A stretch of 50,640 bases of DNA from contig DATGFZ010000537.1 of NCBI GenBank assembly GCA_035308805.1, positions 1-50,640 of the forward strand, written 5' to 3'. Of the stretch, positions 1 through 9,120 are shown piece after piece (within the stretch, counting starts at the first letter, position 1; the number at the start of each line of letters is the position of its first letter). The DNA comes from Puia sp. GTDB lineage: Bacteria; Bacteroidota; Bacteroidia; Chitinophagales; Chitinophagaceae. The notes under the pieces were generated by a model, which saw only the letters and a program-made list of their open reading frames with translations, searched no databases and had not been told where the DNA came from. The position numbers and the translations under genes are program-made.

Positions 1-1756
1 TGATTTCTTTGCCGATTATATCCTCCGGTTTACTAAGCCCCAATTTTTTCACCAATGTTTCATTGACTACAAATTCGTTTACGGTATCGCTTTTCACATA
101 AGGCCTACCTGCAACAAATGCCAACCCGTAAGTTTTAAAATAATCGGCATCTGCCCACCTCAATGTCGGTTCAAAAATTGTTTCTTTAGGGGAATGATTA
201 AAAGTAAATTCGCTTGTCCAGTCACCGTTATTTGCAGGCGGACTGAAACTAAAACTTACGTTTTGAATGCCGGGTTGGCTTAACAATTCCTGCCGAAGAA
301 TATCTATCTTGGAATGACTCAGGCTGTCGCCGGGAAGCGGCACATTTACAATAGCGTTTTTATCAAACCCCATTGGTTGGGTCTGAAAAAAATTCATCTG
401 GCTCAATACAACCAATGTACCGATGATTAAGATTTGTGCAATGGTAAATTGAAGAACAACCAATCCTCTTCTTAACGAAATTCCCCCGGCGGACCTGGAA
501 TTTATTTTACTTTTCAACGCATTGACGGGATTGAAGCCAGACAAGACAAGGGATGGGTAAAACCCCGATAATGCCGTTACTGAAATGGCAAGGATCGACA
601 AAAATAAAACGATTAAGGAAACTTGTGGCAAGCCCTGCACCAGAGGAATGGCTAATAACTGACCGAGATAAGGCAAAGCGATCCACGCTGCCAAACAACC
701 AAACGCGATTGAAAAAATGGTGATCAAAAAAGTTTCTCCCATAAATTGAGATACCAACTGACGGCGGCTTCCACCCAATACCTTTCTTATGCCAACTTCT
801 TTTGAGCGGGTAACAGCCTGCGCAGTGGCAAGGTTTATAAAATTTACGCACGCAATCGCCAGGATAAATAAACCGATCAACGCCAGGCCGGTGATTAGTT
901 CTTTGCTGAATGTTCGTTCATTATAATTTTCAAATTTGCTATCGAAATGTATTTGTTTTAGCGGTTGCAGTAAATAGGAAGTTTTGATGCCGGAGTTGTC
1001 ATTCTTTTCTTCGTGCCTGCTTCTGAAAGCAGGCAATAAGGAACTGATCTGGTCTGCTGAAACATTCGGCGCTAAAACGATTAGACAATTATAGTCACTG
1101 GAGGTGCTTCCCCAATCAGTGCTTGTGGAATTATTGTTTGTTTTATACGATATAACAATTTGAAATGGAAAATCGGAATTCAGCGGCATATCATCGATAA
1201 TGCCGGTAACTTTTAATGTTTCCCTGTTCTCATGTTTAATCACTTTGCCCACAGCATCTTTCCAATTGCCAAAATATTTTTCTGCTATTGTTTTTGAAAG
1301 AACAACAGTATTGGGTTCAGCTAAGGAGGTTTTAGGATTTCCCGCCAGCCATTTCGTATCAAGAATATCGAATACCTGTGGTTGAGCATAAAAGATATTC
1401 GGTTCTTTAAATTTTTTTCCATTATGATTGTCCGGCACGATGACCAGGTTACCGCCGCTTCCCAAAATGGTTCCAACTGCTTCCAATTGCGAAAACTCTG
1501 ATCGCAGGGCGTCGCCAACAGGGATAGATACGCCACTGGAATAATCAAGATTTCCAGCCCGGTCAAACTGAGTGACCACCCGGTAAATGCGGTTTTTCTT
1601 TTTATGAAAATTATCAAAGCTTGTTTCAAACTCAATGACAAGGAATATCAGCAGGCAGGAAGCAATGCCGATAGTTAGTCCAAGGACGTTGATAAAAGTG
1701 AAGCTTTTATTGCGTACCAAATTTCTGAACGAAGTTTTGAAATAATTTTTTAGCAT
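1..1756 (-). CDS. ABC transporter permease (MacB/FtsX-like), 3' end runs off the window
   Basis: Hand translation from ATG 1756 is open to the window edge: MLKNYFKTSFRNLVRNKSFTFINVLGLTIGIASCLLIFL...ACVNFINLATAQAVTRSKEVGIRKVLGG...LRRGLVVLQFTIAQ. It is absent from the ORF track, presumably because its stop lies outside the window. Confidence 0.93.
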   Translation of the reverse strand, partial: MLKNYFKTSFRNLVRNKSFTFINVLGLTIGIASCLLIFLVIEFETSFDNFHKKKNRIYRVVTQFDRAGNLDYSSGVSIPVGDALRSEFSQLEAVGTILGSGGNLVIVPDNHNGKKFKEPNIFYAQPQVFDILDTKWLAGNPKTSLAEPNTVVLSKTIAEKYFGNWKDAVGKVIKHENRETLKVTGIIDDMPLNSDFPFQIVISYKTNNNSTSTDWGSTSSDYNCLIVLAPNVSADQISSLLPAFRSRHEEKNDNSGIKTSYLLQPLKQIHFDSKFENYNERTFSKELITGLALIGLFILAIACVNFINLATAQAVTRSKEVGIRKVLGGSRRQLVSQFMGETFLITIFSIAFGCLAAWIALPYLGQLLAIPLVQGLPQVSLIVLFLSILAISVTALSGFYPSLVLSGFNPVNALKSKINSRSAGGISLRRGLVVLQFTIAQILIIGTLVVLSQMNFFQTQPMGFDKNAIVNVPLPGDSLSHSKIDILRQELLSQPGIQNVSFSFSPPANNGDWTSEFTFNHSPKETIFEPTLRWADADYFKTYGLAFVAGRPYVKSDTVNEFVVNETLVKKLGLSKPEDIIGKEI

Positions 1757-1824
1757 CGCTGATAATTTCTGATGTATGATGGATTGTTTTGTTTAAACGG
1801 TGGGTTCATAATCCCGAAATAAGC

Positions 1825-1928
1825 ACCAATATTATGCCGCAGAAAATGAAATTGATTTTCAATAGGATTATCAGGGAAATAAGGGGATCAGTTCGTAATT
1901 GATACAACATGTGTGCGATTTTGATACA
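1825..1928 (-). promoter_or_regulatory. Putative sigma-54 promoter plus two tandem enhancer-binding-protein sites
   Basis: Minus strand CGGCATAATATTGGT (1839-1825) resembles -24/-12 TGGCAC-N5-TTGC. Upstream are two 17-mers, TGTATCAAAATCGCACA (1928-1912) and TGTATCAATTACGAACT (1906-1890), 22 bp apart. Confidence 0.55.
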
Positions 1929-2032
1929 AGTTGAATACCCGTCATCTTTTAACGGTTAGACATATCTGCCATACCTGATTACGCGCGGAGCAGGAGATTA
2001 ATACGCTCATTTCTTAAATAATATTATTTCTA

Positions 2033-2797
2033 TCATGGATTTTGATGAAAAATCTGTGTCATCAGGTTGTACAATTCCGGATGCTTATATTTGAACATGT
2101 GAGGTTGTTTAAAGAAATATTCTGATGCAACTGCGAAAAACTCTGCTTTATTGGTAGCCCCATAAATATTGATGTCTGATTGACCTGCCCTGATAGCAGC
2201 AATATTCTCTGCCATCAAATTCAGCCAGGGTATAACGAATTGATTTTTCAACAAGTTTTCAGGCAATCCGTCAATGGCACCATCTTCTTTATCCAGTAAA
2301 TGAACGAATTCATGGATCCCTGTATTTTCATTGCCAGATACATTTTCAAACCCCCTGTACAAAGCAGGTTTTGATAAAATCATCTGCATTTGCATCGCAC
2401 CATTTCCTACCATTCCGGAGACATCACGTCCTTCGCCGATGGTAGAATAAGTATTTTCATTAAAAGCATCTGCATATAGCAATATATTTCGGAGATTATA
2501 GTATCTCCATTCGGGAAAACCAAAAATCGGTATTACTGCGCTCGATGCGATCAGGACCCTGTCGAGGTCAGCTACGCTTGTATTTACTCCTTCGATCCGA
2601 ATGTAACCCAGAAATTCTTTTATTTTTTCTTCAAATCGTGCCTTGCCCGACTCCTCAAGCGATCGATAAAATACAACGTGTTCTGCCAATAATTTTTTAT
2701 ACTCTTCCGGCAATGGTGTCTTTCGCAAAGGTTTTTTATACCGTACGAATGCGGCGACCACGACAACCAATAGTATGAGAATAAAAACCGGAATCAT
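2033..2797 (-). CDS. Zinc-dependent peptidase, M90/MtfA family, N-terminal membrane anchor
   Basis: HEFVHLLD zinc motif, DGAIDGLP, and YGATNKAEFFAVASEYFF..P....HPELY are MtfA-family signatures. Confidence 0.9.
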   Translation of the reverse strand: MIPVFILILLVVVVAAFVRYKKPLRKTPLPEEYKKLLAEHVVFYRSLEESGKARFEEKIKEFLGYIRIEGVNTSVADLDRVLIASSAVIPIFGFPEWRYYNLRNILLYADAFNENTYSTIGEGRDVSGMVGNGAMQMQMILSKPALYRGFENVSGNENTGIHEFVHLLDKEDGAIDGLPENLLKNQFVIPWLNLMAENIAAIRAGQSDINIYGATNKAEFFAVASEYFFKQPHMFKYKHPELYNLMTQIFHQNP

Positions 2798-3136
2798 GAT
2801 TTTATTTAATCATTCATCCCACAAAAATAATTTTGTTTCAGCATTCATGATTTTTTGATTTCAGGGTCGCCCTTTGAACATCCGGTATTTAGTGGTTGTC
2901 GCGAGCACATTAACATGTTACCACCCTGAATGAACTCATACTGAACAAAGGGGACAAGCGTCCATTATTTTTTCCCAGTTCGTCATACAGATGAAATATA
3001 AGGTGCCAGGTGTTCGGCATATCTTGGAATAAATAATGCTTGGTTTGCTTTTGATTCAAACAAATTTATAATCGCCCCTTTTTGGATTAGAGAGTAGAGA
3101 AAAACGAATCCGGAATGTCTTTTTGTAAATAAAGCT

Positions 3137-4075
3137 TCAATGAGCATTGACGAATGAGGAAAGTAATCTGTCTAGCGTGGGAGCTGGGAAAGAAGATGAA
3201 TGAACCATCGTCAATACCTTTTTTGCCAAGAGTTGCATTTCGTTTTTAGCCTTATTTGCATGAGGAGCTATAGCAAAAATACCGATGTTCCCTTGCATGG
3301 CCTTTTGCCAATACCAAATGGTGAACCATTGGGGCATTATCAGGAAAATGATTTTCAAATTAGCTGGGACAATAGGTATTCCAAGCGATTTGCAGGCGAT
3401 AAACCCCTCACTGATACTCTGTACCATCGTTCTTATACTACTTCTTTTCTTACCCAATTGCGCGCTGTCACCATTTTCATTGATAATGGATGCAGCGATA
3501 CATGCTACAAATACAGCATGTATTTTTAGCCAGGCATTTATTTTGCCACTAACAGATACTTTAAATCCTGCTCTTTCAAAGAGCATTTTTATCTGGCTGA
3601 TGCAAACAGAATTCTCTCCGTTTATTTCACCGATTGTGGTGTGCTGTTGTTTTATTTGAATATAGTCTATGATATTATTTTCTAAACTTCCTCCTATGCC
3701 GGGGAAGCCCAAAACGATGTGTTTTTGCTTCAATTCATTTGTCAATGTCTCCATAATATCCGGGTTATTCAGCATGAACATAATCAATGTAGAGGCATTG
3801 TTTCCGTTTAAATCGGGTATCACAGCCTCAAGCTGATCCAACCTGACAGTAACCAATATTAAATCATACCGGTCATTGGTTTCAAGATGCCGAGTTAACG
3901 GGACTCTGGTCGTTGTTTGTTTCCCGTTCAAAACATTTTTGATAACTATTCCATTTTGATTTAACGTGGCATAACGTTCGTTTCGGGCAAGAAGCGTAAC
4001 CTTGCAACCTGCTTCATGAAGCCTTGCAGCGTATATACAACCGATTACACCAGCACCATATATACAGATTTTCAT
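3137..4075 (-). CDS. Ketopantoate reductase (ApbA/PanE) family oxidoreductase
   Basis: MKICIYGAGVIG Rossmann start and YDLILVTVR. ATG 4075 is preferred over TTG 4084, which lies inside the TATATTTG promoter element. Confidence 0.85.
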   Translation of the reverse strand: MKICIYGAGVIGCIYAARLHEAGCKVTLLARNERYATLNQNGIVIKNVLNGKQTTTRVPLTRHLETNDRYDLILVTVRLDQLEAVIPDLNGNNASTLIMFMLNNPDIMETLTNELKQKHIVLGFPGIGGSLENNIIDYIQIKQQHTTIGEINGENSVCISQIKMLFERAGFKVSVSGKINAWLKIHAVFVACIAASIINENGDSAQLGKKRSSIRTMVQSISEGFIACKSLGIPIVPANLKIIFLIMPQWFTIWYWQKAMQGNIGIFAIAPHANKAKNEMQLLAKKVLTMVHSSSFPAPTLDRLLSSFVNAH

Positions 4076-4419
4076 TTTTGGCAAATATAAATTTGAAAAT
4101 TAATGGGCTTAAAAATAATTCCCGCAAATTTTGATTCGCAACATATTTAATCTTTTCTGCATTCAGATTACGTCCTGGTAATGGATTGTGATGACTCTAA
4201 TAAAAACACATCTGAAATGATCATGACGCTAAAACATGGTATCGACCGAATTTTATATTTCTGTTTCCGCATTTGCAGGGGGTAAAAAAATGATAAACTT
4301 GCAAATCATTCCCAATCGAAACAAGTTGTGGATTATACAATTCATTTCAAATTGACTTCAAAGCTGGCAAATACTTTTATTAATCAAATGTTTTGTATTG
4401 GTTTTAAATTTATAGACGC

Positions 4420-4760
4420 ATGAAAAAATAATATTCCCTCTTTCTTGTTGCATTCTTTGGTGCTGCAAACGCACAAGATCCTGATACAAATAAACGCAAA
4501 CCTCTGTTGATATTTTTTTTTATTAAGGGTTAGCGGTGTTGAGCAGTACTGGAATTAAAAGCGCTTGACAACAAACCCATTTTTGCTGTTTATTCATGGA
4601 AGACCCTCCTGGCCCGCAACGCCAATGATAAGAAAATTCAATCAGGACCTCACCACAAACTTTGTCCTCGTTTCTTGGGATCAAAGAAATTCCGGAAAAT
4701 CCAAATCAGATAACACGGCCAAATTAACGCCTGATTTATATGTAGAAGACGCTCACACCC
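4420..4760 (+). pseudogene. Degraded alpha/beta hydrolase (proline iminopeptidase-like) fragment
   Basis: ATG AAA AAA TAA, then fragments in different frames: FLVAFFGAANAQD (signal peptide), SGVEQY, NPFLLFIHGRPSWP (cf. LLFLHGGPG) and VSWDQRNSGKS (cf. WDQRGAGKS). It is truncated before the nucleophile elbow. Confidence 0.75.
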
Positions 4761-5212
4761 CCACTTTAATTTTGAGATATGTCTTGCACTTTTTGGAAAG
4801 GGGATAATTGTCGGGAACAAATAGGCTGCATCATCAGATGGCGCATACCTTTATCTAACATTTGAAAACCGCGGCATAAAAGGCAATGGAAAATCTCTTA
4901 CTTACATAGTCGGGGGGATGTGATTGCAAAGGGTTTGCAGATCACTTCGACCTTTTCCCCGTTCCAGGTATGTGAGATGGGATAGAACCTGTATTGCTGC
5001 CCCGGAGGTTGCAGGTCTTGGCGCCCAGATACAGAGTTATCATCCCAGACTGTAACCATTCAGGTGCAAGAGATCATTTTGAAAATGGTCATGAAAAGAC
5101 CATTGCTAAAAAATATAGGCATAAGCGGAGGGATCGTAAATTTCCATCCGTGCTGAACCCACTTCAGATTTTAAGTAAATCGAATATTCGATAATGATTT
5201 TGATATCCGTAT

Positions 5213-5554
5213 TTACGTTTCTGCCACTTCTCTTATTTCAACATTTCCATCAAAATTAAAAATTGGACAACCTTTTGAAATTTCAATTGCCTGCTCCAAG
5301 GTATCTGCCTTGATGATAATGTAACTTCCAATCGTCTCATTGCCTGTCAAGTAGGGAACGCGGGTGACCTCTCTTGTATTACCAGTTACCATGGCTGCCT
5401 CATTTCTTGACAGGCGTTCACCTCCGCCATATACTCCTCTTTTTGCGAGTTCCTCGGTCCAGTTTTTCCAGTTCATGAGCACCTGTTGCAACTGCTCAGG
5501 TGATGCTTTTGTAAAATCAAGTCCGCCTCTGAACAAGAATATATACTTTCTCAT
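5213..5554 (-). CDS. YciI/DGPF-like protein
   Basis: MRKYIFLFRGG...GGERL...ETIGSYIIIKADTLEQAIEISKGCP...GNVEIRE pattern. Confidence 0.85.
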   Translation of the reverse strand: MRKYIFLFRGGLDFTKASPEQLQQVLMNWKNWTEELAKRGVYGGGERLSRNEAAMVTGNTREVTRVPYLTGNETIGSYIIIKADTLEQAIEISKGCPIFNFDGNVEIREVAET

Positions 5555-5876
5555 AATTCGAATTGATTAATTTTTTAAAGAGGGCCTTTCATATGTGGTT
5601 TTGGATGCCATTCTTTTGGTTTTAATCTTAAGTCATACCTATGCACTGATGCAATTTTGATGCTGCATTTAAAGACATTATTGGGAAAATTACCAAAACA
5701 GTCTTCGGGAATGTGGATAATCGCTGGTCGGACGTCCTATTCCCTTTGATCGGGCGTTGTTTGTAAACCCAACCAAATTAGCATGGAAAGCTATTCCATC
5801 CCTAATCTCCAAACGGGATTAGCCATTGCACTGCTGACAACCTGATAACTTATGGTAAATATATTGATCACAAGAC

Positions 5877-6017
5877 TCAAGGGGTTTTTAACGGCGGAAG
5901 TGTTGTCTTTTTTGTATTTTTTTTCTTCACTATCCATCTGCTAACGAGTTCCTTTATATTTTTGTCCCTTTCTTTTTTTATCCGGGTGCTTTGTTCCATG
6001 AGTACAGCTTTATCCAT
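5877..6017 (-). CDS. Possible small basic protein (46 aa)
   Basis: ATG 6017 follows an AT-rich leader: MDKAVLMEQSTRIKKERDKNIKELVSRWIVKKKNTKKTTLPPLKTP. No family recognised. Confidence 0.3.
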   Translation of the reverse strand: MDKAVLMEQSTRIKKERDKNIKELVSRWIVKKKNTKKTTLPPLKTP

Positions 6018-6443
6018 AAATATACCAATAAACAGTTTAAAAGATGAATTTAAGATACCCCTGTCAATTTTTATGGTCACTGGACGCTTTTTTATTTTCG
6101 GCTATACATTGCCGGTAGTATTCAATGACATGGATTAAATCAGCTTGACATTGATTGGATACAGTTTACGAAAAAAGTATTTAATAAATCTTTCCGCATG
6201 TTACTCGTTTTTTTAAATAAATCAGTCATCAATCACGCTGCGTGGTATACCCGGTGTTGCTGATCTTATGCAGACAGCCTGATTGCTTCTTTATTTTCAC
6301 CATTCCCCGATTGCATTGACCGCCCTGAACCATTGTATTACCATATATTTTTCAAATTCAAGAAAATAAAAAGGGCATTCAGTTTCAGTTGGTATCATTC
6401 TATAGGAGGAGATTTTTTAAAATTTTTTTGGAAGTCTTAATTA

Positions 6444-6461
6444 AATCGTAATATTGCGATT
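6444..6461. promoter_or_regulatory. ArsR operator palindrome
   Basis: AATCGTAATATTGCGATT is a near-perfect inverted repeat 3 nt upstream of the arsR ATG. Confidence 0.75.
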
Positions 6462-6464
6462 AAT

Positions 6465-6794
6465 ATGGGACTTACAAAAACAGAGATATTTTCAGATAAG
6501 CAAAACAAACTTGCTATGATGATGAAGGCACTTGCACATCCTGCAAGAATTGCGATCATCCAGAGACTTATAAAAGCAAATGCCTGCATTTGCGGAGATC
6601 TGGTTGACGAACTTGGACTGGCGCAGGCTACTATTTCGCAACACCTGAAGGAACTCAAAAATGCAGGTCTTATACAAGGAACAATCGAAGGAACCAGCAT
6701 TTGTTATTGTATCGATGAAAAAGTATGGAGGCAATACAGCAAGGAAATGGAAAACTTCTTTGTGACTTTGCAGGCAAAGGATAACTGTTGTTGA
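6465..6794 (+). CDS. arsR: ArsR/SmtB arsenite-responsive repressor
   Basis: KALAHPARIAI, ACICGDL, LAQATISQHLKELK winged HTH, C-terminal CC. Confidence 0.95.
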   Translation: MGLTKTEIFSDKQNKLAMMMKALAHPARIAIIQRLIKANACICGDLVDELGLAQATISQHLKELKNAGLIQGTIEGTSICYCIDEKVWRQYSKEMENFFVTLQAKDNCC

Positions 6795-6811
6795 TTTTTT
6801 TATTTTATTTG

Positions 6812-6827
6812 ATCGCTTTATTGCTAT
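6812..6827. promoter_or_regulatory. Second, degenerate ArsR-type palindrome between arsR and arsC
   Basis: ATCGCTTTATTGCTAT versus the upstream ATCGTAATATTGCGAT. Confidence 0.5.
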
Positions 6828-6848
6828 AAAACAATTAAAAGAAAAAAT

Positions 6849-7301
6849 ATGTCAGACTTAAAACAAAGGATATTATTCGTATGTATCCACAATTCAGGCC
6901 GCAGCCAAATGGCGGAAGCGTTCCTGAAAAAATACGGCAGCGAAAATTTTGAGGTTGAAAGTGCCGGACTTGAGCCTGGGGAACTTAATCCGAATGTGGT
7001 TGAGGTGATGAAGGAAGTTGGAATTGACATCAGCAACAATGAAACACAAAGTGTTTTTGATCTATTCATAAAAGGCAGACTTTTCAATGCAGTCATTACC
7101 GTTTGTGATGAAGCAAGTGCAGAGAGTTGCCCCATTTTTCCTGGAATGGTCAAAAGAATTGCCTGGTCATTTACTGATCCATCATCTTTTACAGGAAGCA
7201 AGCAGGAAATATTGGAAAAGACAGCTGTAGTACGAGACCAGATCGAAAAAAAAGTATTAGAATTTATCAGCAGTGCCAAGGAGCTGATTTTCTGGGTTTA
7301 A
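6849..7301 (+). CDS. arsC: Arsenate reductase, thioredoxin-type (LMW-PTP fold)
   Basis: ILFVCIHNSGRSQMAEA P-loop, VITVCD, CPIFPG, W.F.DP. Confidence 0.93.
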   Translation: MSDLKQRILFVCIHNSGRSQMAEAFLKKYGSENFEVESAGLEPGELNPNVVEVMKEVGIDISNNETQSVFDLFIKGRLFNAVITVCDEASAESCPIFPGMVKRIAWSFTDPSSFTGSKQEILEKTAVVRDQIEKKVLEFISSAKELIFWV

Positions 7302-7319
7302 TTATTCACTTAAAAAGAT

Positions 7320-8168
7320 ATGATCATGACAAATGAAAATGAATTAAAAGAAATTGTCCGGCTGAAATACAGTGATATTGCTATACAGGATAAAGAAACA
7401 AATGAGTCTTCCTGCTGCGGTTCCGGTTGCTGCTCTGATGCAGTGTATAACATTATGAGTGATGATTACACATCAATGAAAGGATATAACCCAGAGGCAG
7501 ACCTGGGTTTAGGTTGCGGATTGCCAACGCAATTTGCAAAAATTAAAAAAGGAGATGTGGTGATTGATTTAGGATGTGGAGCAGGAAATGATTGTTTTAT
7601 TGCAAGGGCAGAAACAGGAGAAACTGGCAAAGTGATCGGGATAGATTTTTCCACAGCAATGATCAATAAAGCAAGAGCAAATGCAGAAAAACTTGGTTTT
7701 CATAATGTGGAATTCAGACAAGGCGATATTGAAAAGATGCCGGTCAACTCAAACACTGCTGATGTGATCGTGAGCAATTGCGTAATAAACCTGGTACCAA
7801 ATAAAGATGGAGTGTTCAAAGAAATATTCCGTGTATTAAAGCGCGGCGGTCATTTCAGTATATCGGATATTGTTTTGGTCGGTGACCTTCCGGGGAAAAT
7901 ACGCAAAACTGCAGAGATGTATGCAGGCTGTATTTCCGGAGCAATTCAAAAGCAGACCTATATGGAATTAATTGCTCAGTGTGGATTTAAAAATATTGCT
8001 ATTCAAAAAGAAAAAGCCATTGTTGTCCCCGATGATATTTTAACCAGCTATTTATCCGCAGCGGAAATAGACCGGTTCAAAAAATCCGGTACTGGAATTT
8101 TTAGCGTTACCATATTTGCTGAAAAAAATGATGACCCATGTTGCGACACCGCCTGTTGCCCAAATTAA
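7320..8168 (+). CDS. arsM: Arsenite S-adenosylmethionine methyltransferase
   Basis: LGLGCGLP, VIDLGCGAGND (SAM motif I), SNCVINL, YAGCISGA; Cys-rich termini SSCCGSGCC and CCDTACC. Confidence 0.95.
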   Translation: MIMTNENELKEIVRLKYSDIAIQDKETNESSCCGSGCCSDAVYNIMSDDYTSMKGYNPEADLGLGCGLPTQFAKIKKGDVVIDLGCGAGNDCFIARAETGETGKVIGIDFSTAMINKARANAEKLGFHNVEFRQGDIEKMPVNSNTADVIVSNCVINLVPNKDGVFKEIFRVLKRGGHFSISDIVLVGDLPGKIRKTAEMYAGCISGAIQKQTYMELIAQCGFKNIAIQKEKAIVVPDDILTSYLSAAEIDRFKKSGTGIFSVTIFAEKNDDPCCDTACCPN

Positions 8169-8172
8169 TGCT

Positions 8173-8829
8173 ATGATGAAAAGACTGGCAGGAGAATTTT
8201 TAGGGACGTTTGCGTTGGTGTTTTGCGGTACGGGTGCCATTGTGATAAATCAGGAATCGGGAGGGACAATAACACCTCTCGGCATCTCATTGGTTTTTGG
8301 ATTAATCGTGATGGCAATGATCCTGTCGCTTGGTCATGTTTCAGGCGCACACATAAACCCGGCAGTCACCATTGCGCTTAGCGTGGCAAAAAAATTCAAT
8401 CGACAAAACATTGTCCCATACATCGCTTCTCAGTTGGCTGGTGCCTGTCTGGCAAGCTTTATTCTTAAAAATTTATTTCCTGCAAACGAATTTTTAGGAG
8501 CGACTATACCAAAGGGTTCTGATATGCAATCATTCATTTTAGAATTCATTCTAACTTTTTTATTGATGCTTGTTATTTTGACAAGTACAGATAAGAAGGA
8601 CCGTTCTGTTTTAGTGCCTGCACTTGCAATCGGAAGCACTGTCGGACTCGAGGCATTATTTGCAGGGCCGATCTGCGGAGCATCTATGAACCCTGCGCGG
8701 TCAATAAGCCCAGCGTTGATCTGTTGGCATTTTGAATCGCTTTGGGTTTACATTTTTGCTCCTGTGACAGGCGCTTTAACTGCTTCTTTTGCATTTGTCG
8801 TGCTCAAAGAGGGTTATAGCGAAATTTGA
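8173..8829 (+). CDS. MIP-family aquaporin/aquaglyceroporin, probable arsenic channel
   Basis: Two NPA motifs (SGAHINPAVT, GASMNPARS) and GEFLGTF. Start moved to ATG 8173/8176, just after the arsM stop. Confidence 0.92.
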   Translation: MMKRLAGEFLGTFALVFCGTGAIVINQESGGTITPLGISLVFGLIVMAMILSLGHVSGAHINPAVTIALSVAKKFNRQNIVPYIASQLAGACLASFILKNLFPANEFLGATIPKGSDMQSFILEFILTFLLMLVILTSTDKKDRSVLVPALAIGSTVGLEALFAGPICGASMNPARSISPALICWHFESLWVYIFAPVTGALTASFAFVVLKEGYSEI

Positions 8830-9120
8830 TTGTGCCAGTTAATTATTTTTTTCGAATACCCATAGAACCTGGATCAACCATGGTGAATGAATGGGCAACC
8901 TGCGCAAGGCGTCTTCACCGCCCGGAATACACTTAAAGAAAGTAACTGAGAATTAACCCGAATGACCGCTCCTTTTACATTTTTACTAAAAATAGGCAGT
9001 TATTTTTCGCAATAGGACACAAAGTTTGACATGAATGACCCTTGTGTTGGGAAAGAAAAGGGAGCCAGATTTTTTGTACATAGAAAACATTTTCATAGTT
9101 TCATTAAAACTTATACACAT

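Noticed and set aside
507-1641. ORF-track calls 507-851, 1200-1385 and 1321-1641, suggesting a fragmented gene
   Set aside because: All are alternate-frame or antisense shadows of one intact ABC permease frame starting at 1756.
5124-5134. AGCGGAGGGAT resembling the tRNA-Ser 3' end (possible att site)
   Set aside because: Too short and gapped to support an attachment-site duplication.
4810-5200. ORF 4994-5194 and minus-strand fragments
   Set aside because: No recognisable motifs and a weak start; probably decayed DNA that I cannot assign.
5712-5720. Perfect DnaA box TGTGGATAA (and a near-match around 4327)
   Set aside because: Isolated, with no cluster or adjacent unwinding element; a single 9-mer can occur by chance in 50 kb.
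8830-9120. Possible riboswitch upstream of the C1 peptidase (GGTGAA...TTCACC, ACACAA...TTGTGT stems)
   Set aside because: No match to any riboswitch consensus I can recognise. The ORF-track start at 9031 is also rejected in favour of 9121.
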